A stretch of 64,000 nucleotides of DNA from Microbotryum violaceum (Eukaryota): the NCBI GenBank assembly GCA_001244265.2, contig LN717261.1, forward strand, positions 1,503,591-1,567,590, given 5' to 3'. Shown piece after piece: positions 63,464 through 64,000 of the stretch. How positions within the stretch are numbered: the stretch's first letter is position 1; the number at the start of each line of letters is the position of its first letter. The notes under the pieces are model-generated. The model was not told where the DNA came from. It did no database searches and saw nothing but the letters and a program-made list of their open reading frames with translations. Both the position numbers and the translations under genes were made by a program.

Positions 63464-64000
63464 TAAATAGTAAAAAAAAAGTGTCGATCCGCGACCATGT
63501 ACCTAAAATCGCTGTTTTTGACTGTGTTGCGGCCCTCTGGGCCGCCTATAGTGAATGTACAAGTACAGTATTGCGTCTGCCGCACCTGCCTGTGATATTG
63601 GCGTCCCGACCAGAAGTCATGTACGACCCTTTTCGCATTTTCTGCACCATAAAAGTCGAGCTACAGTCCGAGGATTTTTTTTGTTGATTTTTGACGGGGT
63701 GCCCAACTATTGAGCAGTTTGTGTGGGATTTAATATATAGCAAGCGCGTGGGTTTGCATGACACTTCTTCTAAGGAGCTCAGGCGTGGTCTCGCTGTCGT
63801 TGACGCGCGGACGCGGGCGTCACTAATAAGCTGCGCGATGCCCCGTCGATCACGTGACGTATTTCTGGCATCCCGATACCGGTTTTAGGGGCTCAACAAC
63901 AACATGAGGTTCCAGGCGCTGTGAATACTCCTGTAAATACTCCCGCGCTACTCTCTCCAATTTTCGCCTTTTCCCTCCCACTCTCATCGAATTTGCGTGA
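63464..64000 (+). mobile_element. 5' end of a Helitron related to 27239-33084, running off the window
   Basis: TAAATAGTAAAAAAAAAGTGT..TGTACCTAAAATCGCTGTTTT..TTTAGGGGCT..CTCCCACTCTCATC aligns with 27245-27770. Confidence 0.85.

Overview
Eukaryotic, intron-rich fungal DNA. The short GT-AG introns, micro-exons and CGA>CAA/TGA decay pattern suggest a Pucciniomycotina basidiomycete such as Microbotryum (inference). Four host genes are recognisable: SCO1 (1-1299), NDUFB7 (1500-2290), a damaged PP28/PDAP1 copy (34019-35202) and a GT23/FUT8-like glycosyltransferase (57874-59898). Nearly everything else is a deeply nested cluster of decayed transposons: Ty1/copia, chromodomain Ty3/gypsy, solo LTRs, L1-like LINEs, Helitrons of several sizes, a tnp2/CMC-type DNA transposon and a Zisupton/KDZ-type DNA transposon. 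The most notable structure is a 30.2-kb block (26456-56690) bounded by imperfect terminal inverted repeats (TIRs) and a matching 8-bp target-site duplication (TSD). It holds two 'left' ends, a Zisupton-like transposase remnant, a Helitron, host-gene cargo, and an 18.6-kb TIR element with an unusual 7-bp TSD. Other oddities: oligo-T in place of a primer-binding site (PBS) in the chromoviruses, non-TG..CA copia LTR ends, 115-bp mini-Helitrons, Helitrons with swapped 3' ends, an AT-rich foreign insert inside an LTR, and an orphan ORF remnant followed by a strong hairpin. All calls come from reading by eye; no searches were run.
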